From positions 124,001 through 188,000 of the forward strand of contig JBPGPT010000006.1 in the NCBI GenBank assembly GCA_051047955.1: 64,000 bases of DNA, in the 5' to 3' direction. Position 1 is the stretch's first letter. The number at the start of each line of letters is the position of its first letter. This DNA is from Cystobasidiomycetes sp. EMM_F5. Lineage: Eukaryota. The notes under the pieces were generated by a model. The model saw only the letters and a list, made by a program, of their open reading frames with translations. It ran no database searches and had not been told where the DNA came from. The position numbers and the translations under genes are program-made. Positions 1 to 13,337 of this stretch are shown in pieces.

Positions 1-1963
1 TGCTGATTATCACTCATGCCGGGCCGCTGGCTGGAAACGGTGACAAAGGCGTGCGGTCGATACGGTGAAAGCTTTTCGGTGCTTTGGTGCTGTCACTGGC
101 TGCAGTCGTACGTTCTTGCTGAATCTGCCTAGTCCTTCTTTCCCTCCAGCCTGTTTCGCTGCTGCTCTCAGCTATCTCCAAGCCCTTGCCCAAGGCCTAA
201 GCGGAGGCGGGAAACCTATCCCAGAAAGACACGAGCAGCATTAGCACCACCTACCAGCTGAATCTCCACTGCACACTCACCAAAGCTCGCACAATGTTGA
301 CAGATTTCCAGCTCGTTTGCCCGCTGGCCAATCGCTCGGGGAAGAAAAGAGCTGCTGCTGCGGGGAACGTAGCTGATATTTGTGTACAGCCGTCAACGAG
401 CTGCGATTCCAGCTGATGCGTCGACTGTGATGCTGCGTATGCTCGGCAGTTTCGTACTTGGAATCTTTTCATACAAAACAAACAAGCCTGTCCTCGTTAT
501 GGCATCCTCGCTGCATCGCCCGTCATCGGCAAAGCTTCGAGACCGACCCTTATAAATCACCGCAACACGGCATGTCAAATAACGCACAACTGCAAACTTG
601 TACAGGTACATATGCCAGCACAGCCTGCCACTGATTTCTATGCAGGACTCGCGCCGAGAGTCGCGGTCTTTCGAAAATCCAGCAAGGTATCGGTCATTTC
701 CGTGGCGGCAGTGAAGTCACTTTAAATGAGATAGAATGCTGCAAAGGTGCAGTCGTTTGGTAAGCAGCTAACGACAACAACGTTTATATTGTTCGTCTTT
801 GCAGCTGATGTGGTAGAAGTAAAAGTAGCAAAGTTGCTACGAGATGTCTGAAATGGAAAGGGAATCAAGAAACGGCAACGTGCCATGGCTAGCCTTGATA
901 TCATTGTGATGTATGCCAAGGTCTCCAGTGAAACCGGTACAGTTCGATAAGATGCTTTGCGACGCTGCTTATGAAGATTGCCTCGGTCTCGAGATACGAA
1001 GACGTGAGAGCGTGCGTCCTCCTGGTCATGGCGAGTCAGGATGACTGGTTAGTACGTCCTCCCTGGCGACCTCCAGTTCATCGGAGTCCGCCTCGCGAGG
1101 AGGAAGAGAGCGCATGCGCTCGAATGTCGCCTGTAATCATATGAAATGTAGCGCTTCAGATGATGATAACGCAAACAGCGACTCATGCAAATACCCGGTC
1201 GATAGCTCTCAACGAAGCGCCTGCTGCCTTAAGGCATTGAATGCCATCGGCTATCCTGCCGGCCGCTGCCGTGCATAGTCTGGCGGACGCTGCATCGTTC
1301 GCACTCATCGAGGTCATGTAGAGGGTGTTGGCCGCCTCCAGCGCTCGAATAGATAACTTGGTTGCGATATTCAATGAGGCGCTGGTCTCTAGTACTGGAC
1401 AAGGCTCGGTAGATTTCTTGTTGCTCATCGTCGACCTGTCCGTGATGTAAAGCGTGTACTGTGTTGACTGGCACTGGCTTGTGTGCTGCAAGTTCGAACT
1501 CGTCGTCAGCGTCATAGATGCTCCAATGGATGCAGTGTGACCTACAGAATGTCTGCTGTATCTCCCCGTGTCGCACTACTGGTCAGTGAAAACTGAGGTC
1601 CGACGATTCTGCTCCGAACCAGATGATTGAGTAATGCGTTACATGATTTCCTGTAACACCAGAACAGGATAATGGACGCCTTCGAAGATTTCTTTGCCAA
1701 GAGCGCGTGTTGACACCATGTGGGCAGCGCCATCGCCGCTGAGATTCACACCTCGATGTTTTGGCTACTTTACCAGTAGCAGCTTCGCTTGATGGTAGCC
1801 AGCTTTTGAGGCACTGGTGGTTACTGGGGACTAGCTTGACACAGACAATGCTTTGTCGATTAACAATTATATGGGCTTACTGGCGGACTGCTAGACAGCA
1901 TGGAACCTTCGCGTAGGGCCTTAAGTTGCCCGGAGTCGCAAACAGCGACATCTGCGGTATCGG

Positions 1964-2023
1964 AGTGCTGCGCTGCATGTAATATGAAAAAGATTCGTAT
2001 CATACTGCATGCAGCGCAGCACT
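1964..2023. repeat. Inverted repeat / hairpin with perfect 16-bp arms
   Basis: AGTGCTGCGCTGCATG (1964-1979) is the exact reverse complement of CATGCAGCGCAGCACT (2008-2023). Pairing extends inward by 8 more positions (one G-T, one mismatch) around a 12-nt loop. Confidence 0.85.
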
Positions 2024-2382
2024 GGTTCCAAGGCAAGAGAGACGCCCTCATTCTCGCTTTGAATGCCGTACATCGGCTATTCTTGTTAGACATTTCGTAT
2101 CAGCCTATGCGTGGAGTGTCCGGATCATGCAAAAGATGTCAGACACGCTGTCAGTGCACGCGTGGGGGGCGTAACTTTGTTCGTCAGTGTGCGGGGCGGT
2201 TAATGGTTAGTCTCCATCAGCTCCGCTTATCCCCGGTAATCAGTACATAGCGTAGTGTTTCAGTGTATGCATTATGTGTGCGTCGTTGTATCTGAATGCC
2301 AGTATTCCATTTCGCAAGAAGCAGACCTTTGACACCCGACTGAAGAGCTCCTTGGATCCAATCGACATCTGATAAACCCACT

Positions 2383-4858
2383 ATGGGCCAGGGTGCTTCG
2401 AGCGAGCAGAAGCCTCAGCAGGTCTCTGCGTCTGCACACCATGCTGCGACGACAAAGACGCCCAGCTCAGCCAAGGACTCGCCCCGAAACGATGCATCCA
2501 CCTCGTCATCGTCCAGGCTGAGGTACTCGAGGAGCATTCGAGATGTCGGGCGAAATGTCAGCTCAGCATCACAGGCCAACGCTGCGTCTGGGAGCACGTC
2601 TTCAGGCAAGCCCCGCCGGAAATCACTCGATATGCCCGACATGTCGCTGTCCATGACTGGAACTGGAACAGTGACGGCGACGCCGAGCGCAGCCTCCACG
2701 CCAATGTTACCGTCGCATACGAGCTCCGAGAGGACTAGCCCACTGGCGAACAAGCTGTACAATGGCCTGAGTGCCGCGCAACGAAGTACCGTTCTATCGC
2801 CAAATGAGAGTCAACAGGTCAACGATAACGAAGACGGTCAACTAGGGCTCCCAATGGCCGCAGGACCTGTTGAGAATAGCTCTTCTTCAGCGCAATACAA
2901 GTTAGAGACAGCTTCAGGATTGACCTCCTCGACTGCCAAAGTAGCCAGCTGGGCTCGCAGGAAAGAGAAGGGACCCGAAGGCTTGATAAAGAAAGCCCAA
3001 CCAGTAACCGGATCTGCAGCTGCTCTACACGCCATCGGCCAATCGGCGTCAACAACGCCTTTCTCCTCCTCTTCCGCTGCTACATCTAGACAAAACCTCT
3101 CGCCGCACTCCGCACATACCGCACAACCACGAAACTCGACAGATGGCGAGATTAGTAATGACTTTCCGCCTTCCGCACCCGGCTCCTTGGTCAATTCTGA
3201 TGATCTCACACTTCAAGGCATCACCTCTCCGCACGCTACCGTAGGCACGCACGGTACTGATCCGCACGAGCTCTCCTCACCGACATCTTCCAACATTACC
3301 ATCAGTTCTATTCCACCCTGGCAGCCGTTTCCTAATGCTGTGGAAAGTGAAGGAAGCGCACACCAACAAGGCATATCTGATGGCGGGAATATAGAAAGCG
3401 TTGATCGAGCAGTAGCCATTCCACTCAAGCAACCAACCGAGACCATTCTGGCTCCTGAACTACCGCCAGAAGTCAACATCATCATACCGCCTTTGATCAA
3501 CGCAGACGCAGCTCATGATATTATCGAGCCCGCGACCGCTTTAGCGATAGGTATCCATGAGACTCTGGCAGCGGTAGCTAGTGCAAATGGTCGAGATGGC
3601 AAATTGACAACTTCGTCGGGGGTAGTCTCTCCTGTCCTTGCTTCCTCTCACAGTACGGCGGACGACAGCGCCATGCTCGTCCACAGCGTTATAGCCGGCT
3701 CAGCTCATGCATCAGGTACGACTACGCCTACTGGTTTTGCCTCTCCTTTGTTACCAGGATCTACACCTCCAATAGGTAATCCGCCAAATACGCTACCAGC
3801 AGCCGCACCTATCGCAGCTTTAAACCCGAATCTCTCGCAAGACCCGAAAGCACAGGAAGCAGTACAAGCTGCCACGGTCGACTTGGGCGCAGGTCCCGAT
3901 GGGGTCCCTACATTGCTCACCTGGAAATCCGAGGAAGAGGCGGGCGCAGACCCCTCAAAGCCGAGTGATGGGCCGCATCAGGTATTTGTTACAGGTACAT
4001 TTGCAAAGGGCTGGAATACCAAGATCGAACTAAGGCAGAAAGCGTGAGTTGTTGTCTTTCCTCGTTATTTCCTTACTGACACGCTTGTCTTCCAGTGCTA
4101 CTGCTGATAACCCCAAACAGAATCCAGACTTTACAGCTCTCGTCAAACTTCCGCCAGGACCCCATTCGCTCAAGTTTATCGTCGACAAGCAATGGAAGAC
4201 TTCCAAATATCTACCGAGCGCGACTGACGCGGATGGCAACCTAATCAACTACCTACAAGTACACAAAGCCGATCAGAACGCTCGTTATCCGTCCGTAGGC
4301 GCAGATGCCGCTTATGGCGATGTGTACGACTACGAATCAGAAGAGGATGACGATGTATGGACATCTGACATCCCACCTGTGCTTGTCACGTATGGAGATG
4401 CGACTGAAGCTGCCTTAGATGCCCAAGAAGAAGCTGAACGACTGGCCGCGGAGAAGCAAGCGACCACATCTGGCGCTCGTTCTGCTCCTCCTCCTCTGCT
4501 CCCTCAGTTATCATCGAACTGGTCTCCCTCGCCCCCTTTAGCAGAGTCTGGCAGTATCCCGACGAATCTGCCCCATCCTGCTATTCACGCTCTGTCTCGA
4601 AAGCCCCTCAGTCAGCTGCAAACAGCTCAACCGCCTATCATGCCAGCTCAACTAGAGCGAGGCGTACTGAATATGGCTGTCCTGGTCGCGAAGGGTTCGG
4701 GAGATGATAATTCAATACTGCCAAAGCCGGATCATTCCGTGTTGAATCACCTTGCCGCTTCGCCGATCAAAGGTGGCCTCCTCAGTGTCGGCGTCACAAC
4801 GAGATATCGGAGGAAGTATGTAACGACAGTCTACTACAAGAAGCCTACGCTTGAATGA
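2383..4858 (+). CDS. GAL83: SNF1/AMPK kinase complex beta subunit (Gal83/Sip2 family)
   Basis: N-terminal MGQGAS myristoylation-like start; glycogen-binding domain (VFVTGTFAKGW...LPPGPHSLKFIVDKQW...DGNLINY); C-terminal ASC domain (LPKPDHSVLNHL...TTRYRRKYVTTVYY). Intron 4044-4095 joins the two ORFs in frame. Confidence 0.92.
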
Positions 4859-5073
4859 CAGCTTGAAGCTGCACTGCACGGTTGGTCGCCATCTGGGCCC
4901 AAATGTACAAAATATTGTCTTGCTTTTAGCCGTCTTGCTGTTCTGTATAACTCTCTTTGAAAGCAAGGTTCCCCTCTGCACATGATTCTGGTTCCTAAGC
5001 CAGTCCTCAGCTCGTTACACCTTCAATCCATCGGTTATGCTACATGCTTTTTATAATATAGATAAGCCCCGCA

Positions 5074-6594
5074 CTACGCCCTCCAGCTGACCAACACCTC
5101 GTCTGTCCTGAATCTGTGCAAATGGTATAAGCGCACGTTGTTACGCAACCGCCGCGAACCTACCTTTGTGTGTAAGTGCTGCGTTCAAGCTTTGTCTCAA
5201 AGCCCATTCTGTGACTCAGCAAACCAGCATGAGCAATCATGATTCCGTTATCGATACAAAATCTGCAGGCACTACTTTCAGCGACCGTTATAGCAGAAGC
5301 ATGTGAAGCTACGCACCTCTCGTCAGTTGCAAACACGGCTCCTCCACGTTCTTTCGCCATGACACCCATCATGTGCTGCAGTCGCTCATTACATCCTACC
5401 CCACCGACGATGAGTACTTCTCTACTCCCGATATGCGCCATCGCTCGCTCGGTAATCTCGACTAGCATCGCAAACAAGGTCTCTTGGAGTGAAAAGCAAA
5501 GATCTTCGGGCGTGATGATGTCCTCATCCTTGATGGTAACGGTACCGTTGGCTTTGCTGGTGTGGTGTGCATCGTCAATATCGCCACTCGCAGCCGCTGA
5601 AGCGGCTGCTGCTGCTGCCTTCTTCCTTAACGCTTTGCTCGCTTTGCCAGCCGTTTCAGTTGTACGGAAGCGTGCATCTCTCGTATATGCTTCTGTTTGC
5701 GCTAAGACACCGCCGAGCGTAATGTCCATTCCCTTGGTGGAGTATGGTATGGCCAGAAACTTGTTTCCCCTGGGTAGGTGATGAGACCATGAAGTCAAAA
5801 GCTGCCCGGTGCGGCTGCAAACTCTCACACGTACTTTTTGGCTGCTTGCTCAATGTTGTAGCCAGGACTTGGGTCATTTGGCAAGCCAATCACTCTGGCA
5901 AAACGGTCTAGACAATTTCCAACCGCAATGTCGAGAGTTTCCCCAAAGATACGGTATCGCTGTTGCGAATATGCGATGACTTGAGTGTTACCGCCTGATA
6001 CATACAATACGACGGGATTTGCTGCTCCGGTGATGACGCGACCCATTTCAATATCTGCGAAAGTATTTAGATGAATTTAAGATTGCCTTGAGCGTGATTT
6101 GCCAGAGCTTACGTCCTACACAATGATTCACGCCTACTAACGGTTTCTTGTATAGTAGTGACAACGTCCTCGCTACAACTGCCACCGTTTGCAAAGGTGC
6201 GCCCATACCAGGTCCTGCCGTCAAAGCAATTCAGCCAATTTGAGCTGCATTATCTCGCCTGTTCTACTATACCTTTCGTGTAGCATATACAGTCCAAGTC
6301 ATCTATCGACGCCAGTCCAGACTTTTGCACAGCTTCCTGGACTACCTTTACTGCCCATTCTTTGTGATGCCTTGCCGTGTCGCTAGGCTGGAACCCTTCG
6401 CCCGGGGGAGTAACGTAGGTATGCCGTATGTTGCTGAGAATCTTTACGCTTCCATCTGGCCCGTGCTCTACGACTCCAGCTCCGAGCTTGTTTGCTGACC
6501 CTTCCAGACCCAGTGCCAGCATCGCTCGACTCGGCGGTTTGAGCGGCTCTTCTGCTCGTCGTTTCCTGCGTTTCGCGGGCTCAAGTCCGTTCAT
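5074..6594 (-). CDS. KAE1: tRNA N6-threonylcarbamoyltransferase Kae1 (KEOPS), multi-exon
   Basis: [82 protein letters not shown]; last exon [12 protein letters not shown]. Confidence 0.96.
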
Positions 6595-6849
6595 ATTTCG
6601 AGCCTCTGCACTTGTTGGCTTTCAGTCAAGTCGTCAATAATTTGCGATTGCTAGCTAGCCGTTGAGTGAGGAACTTGAGCTGCAATTGAGGTTGGAAGCT
6701 GCCCATAAGTAACTCCAGCTTACAATTGTCCAGCGAAGCATACAGCCAACTCTCGACAAGGCCGCTGCGACTGCCGCCAACGATAGCCAGTTCTGCCCCT
6801 ACCCAGCGTTCCTGCTCTCCGCTTCAAAGTACAAAAGTTGGCCCATCCG

Positions 6850-8702
6850 ATGCTGCGAATCGCTTCTAGACAGGCATTGCAAGCCTGCACGAGGCCTGCG
6901 TCGTCCTCGCAGTATGGCAGAGGTGCGTACGGCCCAGCTCTCGCCGTGCTCGTAGCGTTATCGCTGGCTGAAATGTTGGGCTTTTTGGATGTAAAGGCCT
7001 GAGGACATCCTCAGCCGCGCAGGCACTGACCAAGTTTGCAATGCCTGCAATGTCGCCGACAATGACAGAGGTGGGCGGAGCACGCTGATACGCTTAGTCT
7101 CAGCCGAACTCATCACAATCTGCAATCAATCCCAGGGCGGTATCGCTTCATGGAAAGTGAAGGAAGGCGATACATTCTCCGTCGGTGATGTCTTGTTGGA
7201 GATTGTGAGTGGACAGTACATTGGAGCATTCGAGAATACGATCACCCTGACCTAACCCAATCTCACAGGAAACCGATAAAGCGACAATGGACGTGGAAGC
7301 TCAGGATGACGGCGTGCTGGCAAAGATTCTGGTACGTAGAAGATTTCAGACAGTAAAGCTATTTGTTCATGTGTCTATCGCCCCCTCAAACAGATACAAG
7401 GAGGAAGCAAGAACGTCGCTGTCGGGTCAGCGATTGCCATCACTGCCGAGGAAGGCGATGATATGAGTGCATCTGCGCTCGATAAAGTAGCAAAAGACGC
7501 AGAGAGCGAGTCTGCGCCGTCGTCAAGCGAGAGCGAGAGCAAGTCGGAGGAGAAGGCTGCTCCTGCCCCACCAAAGGAGGAGACGCCCGAGCCAAAAAAG
7601 GATGAGGGAGTTCAGCCTCGCAAAGGTGGAGACGAGAAGAAGTCACCGCCGAAAGAGAGCGACGGTGCTGCGCCCGAAAAGAGAGATTATATATTCGCAA
7701 GCCCTATCGCCAAACGATTAGCGTTGGACCGTGGCATCCAATTGAGCAAGGTAAAGGGTACCGGACCAAATGGACGCATCATCAAGGTCGACATTGAAAA
7801 CTTCAAGGGTGCTGCTTCCAGCGGGTCTGGCGCATCCGCATCCTCTTCCGGTCCTCCCCCAGCTGGTACCAAACTGCCACCCGGTTCTCCACCCGCCAAA
7901 GACTCGACAGTCCCACAAGCATATACCGATACGCCAGCTTCCTCTATGCGCAAGGTCATCGCCACCCGTCTCTTGGAGTCCAAGCAAAATGTACCGCACT
8001 ACTACCTTACCTCGGAAATCAAGATGGACCGTGTTCTCAAGCTGAGGGAGCTATTCAACAAGGCCTCTGCTTCTGCTGACAAGGCATCCAAGGATGGCGT
8101 CAAGAGCGGTGTCAAGCTCTCCGTCAATGACTTTGTCGTCAAGGCCGCCGCGATTGCACTCTCCGATGTGCCAGAAGCCAACTCTGTCTGGTTGGGCGAT
8201 ACGATTCGTCAATACCACAAGGCGGATATCGCGATTGCGGTAGCGACACCAGCAGGCCTAATTACGCCAATAGTGACAGATGTTGGCGGCAAAGGATTAG
8301 CTACCATCTCTGCGACCGTAAAGTCACTCGCAGCCAAGGCAAAGGACAACAAGCTCCAGCCGCACGAATACCAAGGCGGTACATTTACCATCTCCAACCT
8401 CGGCATGTACGGTATCGATTCCTTCTCTGCCATCATCAACGCGCCACAGTCATGCATCCTCGCGGTCGGTGCGACGGACCAAAAGCTGGTACTCGACGAG
8501 ACTTCCGAAAAGGGCTTCAAGGCTATCAGTGTCATGAAGGTGTCCCTATCTGCAGACCACAGAACTGTTGACGGAGCTGTCGGTGCGAGATGGTGAGTGT
8601 CCTAATATCTGATCGTTACGTGAGTGATGCTGATTGCAAACTGTTGTTAGGCTTGCTGCATTCAAGGAGGCTCTTGAGAATCCCCTGAGCTTCATGCTGT
8701 AG
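6850..8702 (+). CDS. LAT1: Pyruvate dehydrogenase E2, dihydrolipoamide acetyltransferase
   Basis: Lipoyl domain exons (MPAMSPTMTE, ETDKATMDVEAQDDG), E3-binding ASPIAKRLA...GTGPNGRI, catalytic GGTFTISNLGM and SADHRTVDGA; ends NPLSFML*. Confidence 0.96.
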
Positions 8703-8913
8703 GATGTCGGAGCTGGAGTTGGAGACAATCGGTTAAGGAGACAGCGCATATCCCCAATACTCTGTAATAGTTGACGTACGGTATGGGCAAGCAATCTAGA
8801 CTGACGAACGAAAAGGAATCTTGAGCTTCGTGTTGACGCTAGCCTTGCCTTGTAATGCGGTTTCTCTCGCTGCGTAATTTACCACTTGAATCTGAACCAT
8901 TTTCACCCAAGAC

Positions 8914-9679
8914 ATGACTTCAACGCTCGTCCTGCCTGGCCAGCCGCTGCACGTCGCACAGCCTGGGACATCTTCTGCAACGACCGCTGCTGGCCGTGGA
9001 GCATTTATACGGGGCTCGACGGTGTACAGCAGTTCTGTTGGGTTGTTGGAGCGCAATGGCGGACAATTTGGCGTAGCGAGCCTGCAGCAGCGAGCAGACG
9101 ACGAGGCTGTAGCGATGAGCGTCATTCCAGAGATTGGAAATATCGCAAGTTGGATTAGTATCTGACTCCAGGACCCATTGAGCTGAAATGTAAAGACAGA
9201 TCCTGGGCATCGTTACTCGCTTGACGCGCTTGCAAGCAGTTCTCAATATTATCAGCGTCGACGGCAAGCAGTGCCAACAGGATTGGCAGGGGATCATTCG
9301 AACTGCCGATATCCGCCAGACTGGTTAGTGCCGTTGCGTCAAGCAAGAAATTAAGTGTTGACGATTTGTAAGGCAGACAAGGACAAGATGAAGATCTGGG
9401 ACTGCTTCAGACCCGGAGACGTCGTCCGGGCAGTTGTAGTGGGTTGCCTTGCATTGCTGTGTTCACCTACAAAATCTGACTTAACCCTTGCTTGACGTAC
9501 AGATCTCGCTGGGCGACGTTCGCTCGTACTATCTCTCTACAGCAAAGAGCGATCTCGGGGTCGTTTTTGCAAAGCACAGCGAAACTGGGAGCAGGCTAGA
9601 AGCAATCGGATGGAACGAAATGCGAGACCCAACGACTGGCCAAGCGGAGCCGAGGAAAGTGGCTGGTCCAGCAACATAG
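8914..9679 (+). CDS. CSL4: Exosome cap subunit Csl4, multi-exon
   Basis: LVLPGQPL, GRGAFIRG, CFRPGDVVRA, ISLGDVRSYYLSTAKSDLGVVFA, EPRKVA motifs. Confidence 0.9.
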
Positions 9680-10022
9680 CGTGATTCTCAACGATGGACC
9701 CGCAATGCGCTATGGGATTCCTCCAAGATTAGCGACGCAAAGCATGGAGGTTCCAAGCGGCCTACCTCGTTTCTCGCAACGCTCAATTATTTCGGACATT
9801 CCGCACATTCCGTATGACGACGGAGAGCTCAGCACGATGGATCACTATGCGCCTGATTGCGAGGATTTACAAACATCACGTCACATGACTATAGCTACAG
9901 GTCATTTGTATCCGACACGACGGGCTAGTGGCAGTCTGCTCGTTTAGCCTCCAAAGGCTCCTCCCGTCCCCGCTCCCCTGGCTCTACCATCCACATTCTG
10001 TCGCTTGATTTCACAAGCATAA

Positions 10023-10825
10023 TCACTTGGCGAAGACGCCCTTGACGAGCGCAAATGCGAAGATAACGACACATAGCGTCCATAGCGCAGCAATGGCGTA
10101 CCCGCATCTCAATGCCCATCTTCGTTCCTGTAGTCTCCATTCGGATGCGTGCTTGTATCGGTACGTCTCGACATACAGCGGCAAAGGAGTGCTGGAAGCT
10201 CGGAATGGCCTGCATGAAGTCTTGAAATTGCCGGAAAAGAAGGCCTTTCGAGGCGAGCTACTTGCCTTGGCAGAAGAGCTATGCAATTCATATGATGGCG
10301 GAGGAGACGTTGGGGGAGAAGTGGCTTGACTGGGATGGCTCGGCGGTCCCGCAGGCTGCTGAATATTGTGATCGAGCGGAGTTTGCGCAAAGGCTGGCCA
10401 GAAGTGCAAGAAGCCGTAGAACCAGATTGGGAATCTGTGTAGATTGCAATAGACGTCAACTATCATTGCTCTGTGTGTTGCACGTTGTGAGTGACTCAGA
10501 CCCACAATAAAAATCCATACGCAAAGCATAGTTCTGCCCGAGTTTGAAAGGCTCGCTGTTGATACTTTGGCAGACTTTCCGCATCCATCGCAGCGGAAGG
10601 GCTGGTGCAGCCTCATGCTTCTGGAAGGCTCGGTCCGTCCGACCATCTGAGGGCTGACAGTCTCGAGATGGCGAATCGAGCTGGAGGTGGAGGAGACAGG
10701 AGTACCCGCTGCTCGAGCTGGGACGTCTGAGGATAGACGACGAACTGATCTGAAGGGTACGAGGAGGCAGTCGGGTTGACCGTAGTGCGGACCTCAGTTA
10801 ACACGTCAACGTGAATATCCGACAT
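10023..10825 (-). CDS. Hypothetical membrane protein (ends approximate)
   Basis: ORFs 10613-10876 and 10023-10646; hydrophobic segments IWFYGFLHFWP and GYAIAALWTLCVVIFAFALV. Confidence 0.55.
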
Positions 10826-11192
10826 GGTTAGGATGTGGTTAGTCGTCGGAGAGATGTGCAATGGGAGAAAGGCCAATCAGTTTTCGGGAATGTCAGCATT
10901 GCAACAACCCTGAGCAGCCCTGATGTGATGCGGATGCGATGTCTGACTCCTGCAATGTGATTCGGTTGGGATGTCGAGGGGTTCAGAAGGAGCAGGAAGA
11001 CGCGGTAATGACTGAACAGGCGACGCCGGTATCGTTGCAACAGCAGCATGTATAGTACACTGCACCCCAATCACGCGATACAACACGTAAAGACGATACA
11101 ACATGTAAAGGCCCTTCTCTGATAGCCATTCAGAATGCACCCCAGAATCGATCACCCGACAAAAGCCTTCTCCACCTACTCTTAAGCAGACT

Positions 11193-13009
11193 TTAATGCG
11201 GTACAGACAGATGCATCTCGTTCAGACTCTTCTCGAGGACATCAGAGTCCGACGTGAATGAATGTGTTCCAGTCCCGCTGTCGCTTCCTGTTCTCCCCTC
11301 GCTCGACCCACTCGACCCAGACAATTGGTCATACAGATGGTCGAGGTGCTCCAGGCGCTCTTCCAGAACCTCATAAGGCTTGCACCATGTCTTGTCAATC
11401 CCGCCTGGTTTTCTTTCAGGCGACTCGCACAAGGAAGCACACTTGATGTCCTCGACTCGGCATATGAACTTGAGAAGAATGTCATTGACTTCTTCAGGAT
11501 GCGTCATGGCAACCATTGTAGGCGCATCGCCAAGACGATGCGACTCGAAGAAAGGGCAGCTAGTAGACGAGTTCAAGACCTCCTCGAGCTGATCGTGACC
11601 GTGTGCGTGTAGAATGTCTGCGACGGCGCTCAGTACACGTAACTAGATCGTATCCTATGACTTATAATCTGCTCACGATTTGTACCAGAAGCGATGCAGA
11701 TTGGGATCTTGAAGCCTTCACGAGCCTGCTGTTGGGTGATGGGTGCCCGAATAAGGATAGCACTGAGCCATTGGCCTGTAAAATCAACGTCATTCAGCTT
11801 CCTCTCCTGAACATCTTCCGATGTCTCATACCCTCGTAGACTCACCCATCGTCCAGAATTTGTGTTCATCACTCGTGAAGTATGACTGAAGCATCCTGAA
11901 CCATTCGCGACGGTGGTGGACGTCCTGCATGGCCGGAGGACCGAAAAAGAGGCCATAAAACTCTGCAAAAACATCCAGAAGTTCCTCATCGGATAGGTAT
12001 ACGAAAGCACGCCATAGCTCTGCAAACTGTCATCGGTGACATCTCAGCCATTGCCGGTTGAGGATCGCGGATGAGTTGACCAGGACACACTTGGAGCTGA
12101 TTTTCCGGGTCCTGTTGAGAAGGAAGGCGGACAAGAGAGTCGGTCGTCAGTACGTGTCGCTCGATATCCTCTGAATTGGCACATACCTCGTTCAGCGTTG
12201 CGGGAGATAGGAGAGTTGCCGATTTGAAGAGGTCAGAGTGTCTGAAAATGAGCTGGAAGCACATGACTGTTTTGAAGCCTGATAAAAGAGTGTACAGTCA
12301 GTCAGCCTTGATACCACTTTGAGGGCGCTTCATCAGCATCGACTTGCCCAATCCGACTAGATGCAACTTTGGCAGCTGAAGTTTCCTGATGGCTTCCGCA
12401 ATGTCCTGTGAGTTGAATGCATAGAGTCAGTATGAGCATTTGCGGTATGCGGATCTCATTTAGCCAGCACTTGCATCGGCCTGTTCCGTCATGTTTACAA
12501 AAGGCGCGTGATGCGGCAACTCCCCTTCTTCGGGTGGAGGGATGGCTTCTGCGCCTGGTTGCCAGTCTTTCGGATATCTTGTCACTAGGAACGCGGTCAT
12601 ATGTATCACCATGTTAATTGCAAAGACAGCTTTTGCCGGTCGGAATCCGCGCTCACAACCCAAAAAGTGCATATCAAGCACGACGAGGTTGAAGTTGGTA
12701 TTGAGTCGCGAGTCTTCCAACTGATGCTTCCACATCCTCGAGTCTGTTGTGCTGCCATGAATGAAAAGGATGGTAGGTTTGTCGTGGTCGATGGTGGGAT
12801 GTTCCTGCGAGGTCAGCGAGGTGGGGACGGCGTAGAATAGCTCTGCGCCCTGATAAGCGAGCAAGAGGATAAAGTCAGTCCATTCGTCGTTAGGTTTGAA
12901 CTGTTTACATCCGTCCAACTCACCGACTCCACTTTCGCATACGGCATGTTTGTATTGTGGGCGGTAAGCGAGCAGCAGCAGCAGCAGCACCGACTTCAGT
13001 GTCAGCCAT
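11193..13009 (-). CDS. Alpha/beta hydrolase fold protein, multi-exon (start approximate)
   Basis: PTILFIHGSTTDSRMWKHQL...FNLVVLD oxyanion-region motif; C-terminal THPEEVNDILLKFI helix typical of the fold. Confidence 0.75.
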
Positions 13010-13337
13010 GGACAGAGGTATCAGCATCTCGCCGCACTTCATGTTGTGGAAATGTTGGCACGCCCTCTCTGCCCCTCTGCTGACAAACACCGTCAAGGCC
13101 GGGCCCGTCGTCAGGTCAGCCTTATTCGGAGTGCGTGTCTCTGAGCTCCGATTCGGAGTGTGGACGAGGACATTTGTGGAGACACGCAAATGGAAAGGCA
13201 AGCATGACTATGGCATGCATATGGCGTACTGCACACCGTAAAATCCATGGTCATTGTGAACTCGTTGTTGGCACAGACTTGGTTGCTGGGAAATTAAAGT
13301 CGCATACAGCCGCCACTTGCAGAGCCTAGTCTGTGCT

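Noticed and set aside
1..1900. Short ORFs and intron-like signals at the window start
   Set aside because: No coherent gene model or recognisable motif could be assembled.
5520..5670. Ala/Lys-rich insertion in Kae1 as a possible intein or mobile insert
   Set aside because: Short low-complexity loop with no intein splice motifs.
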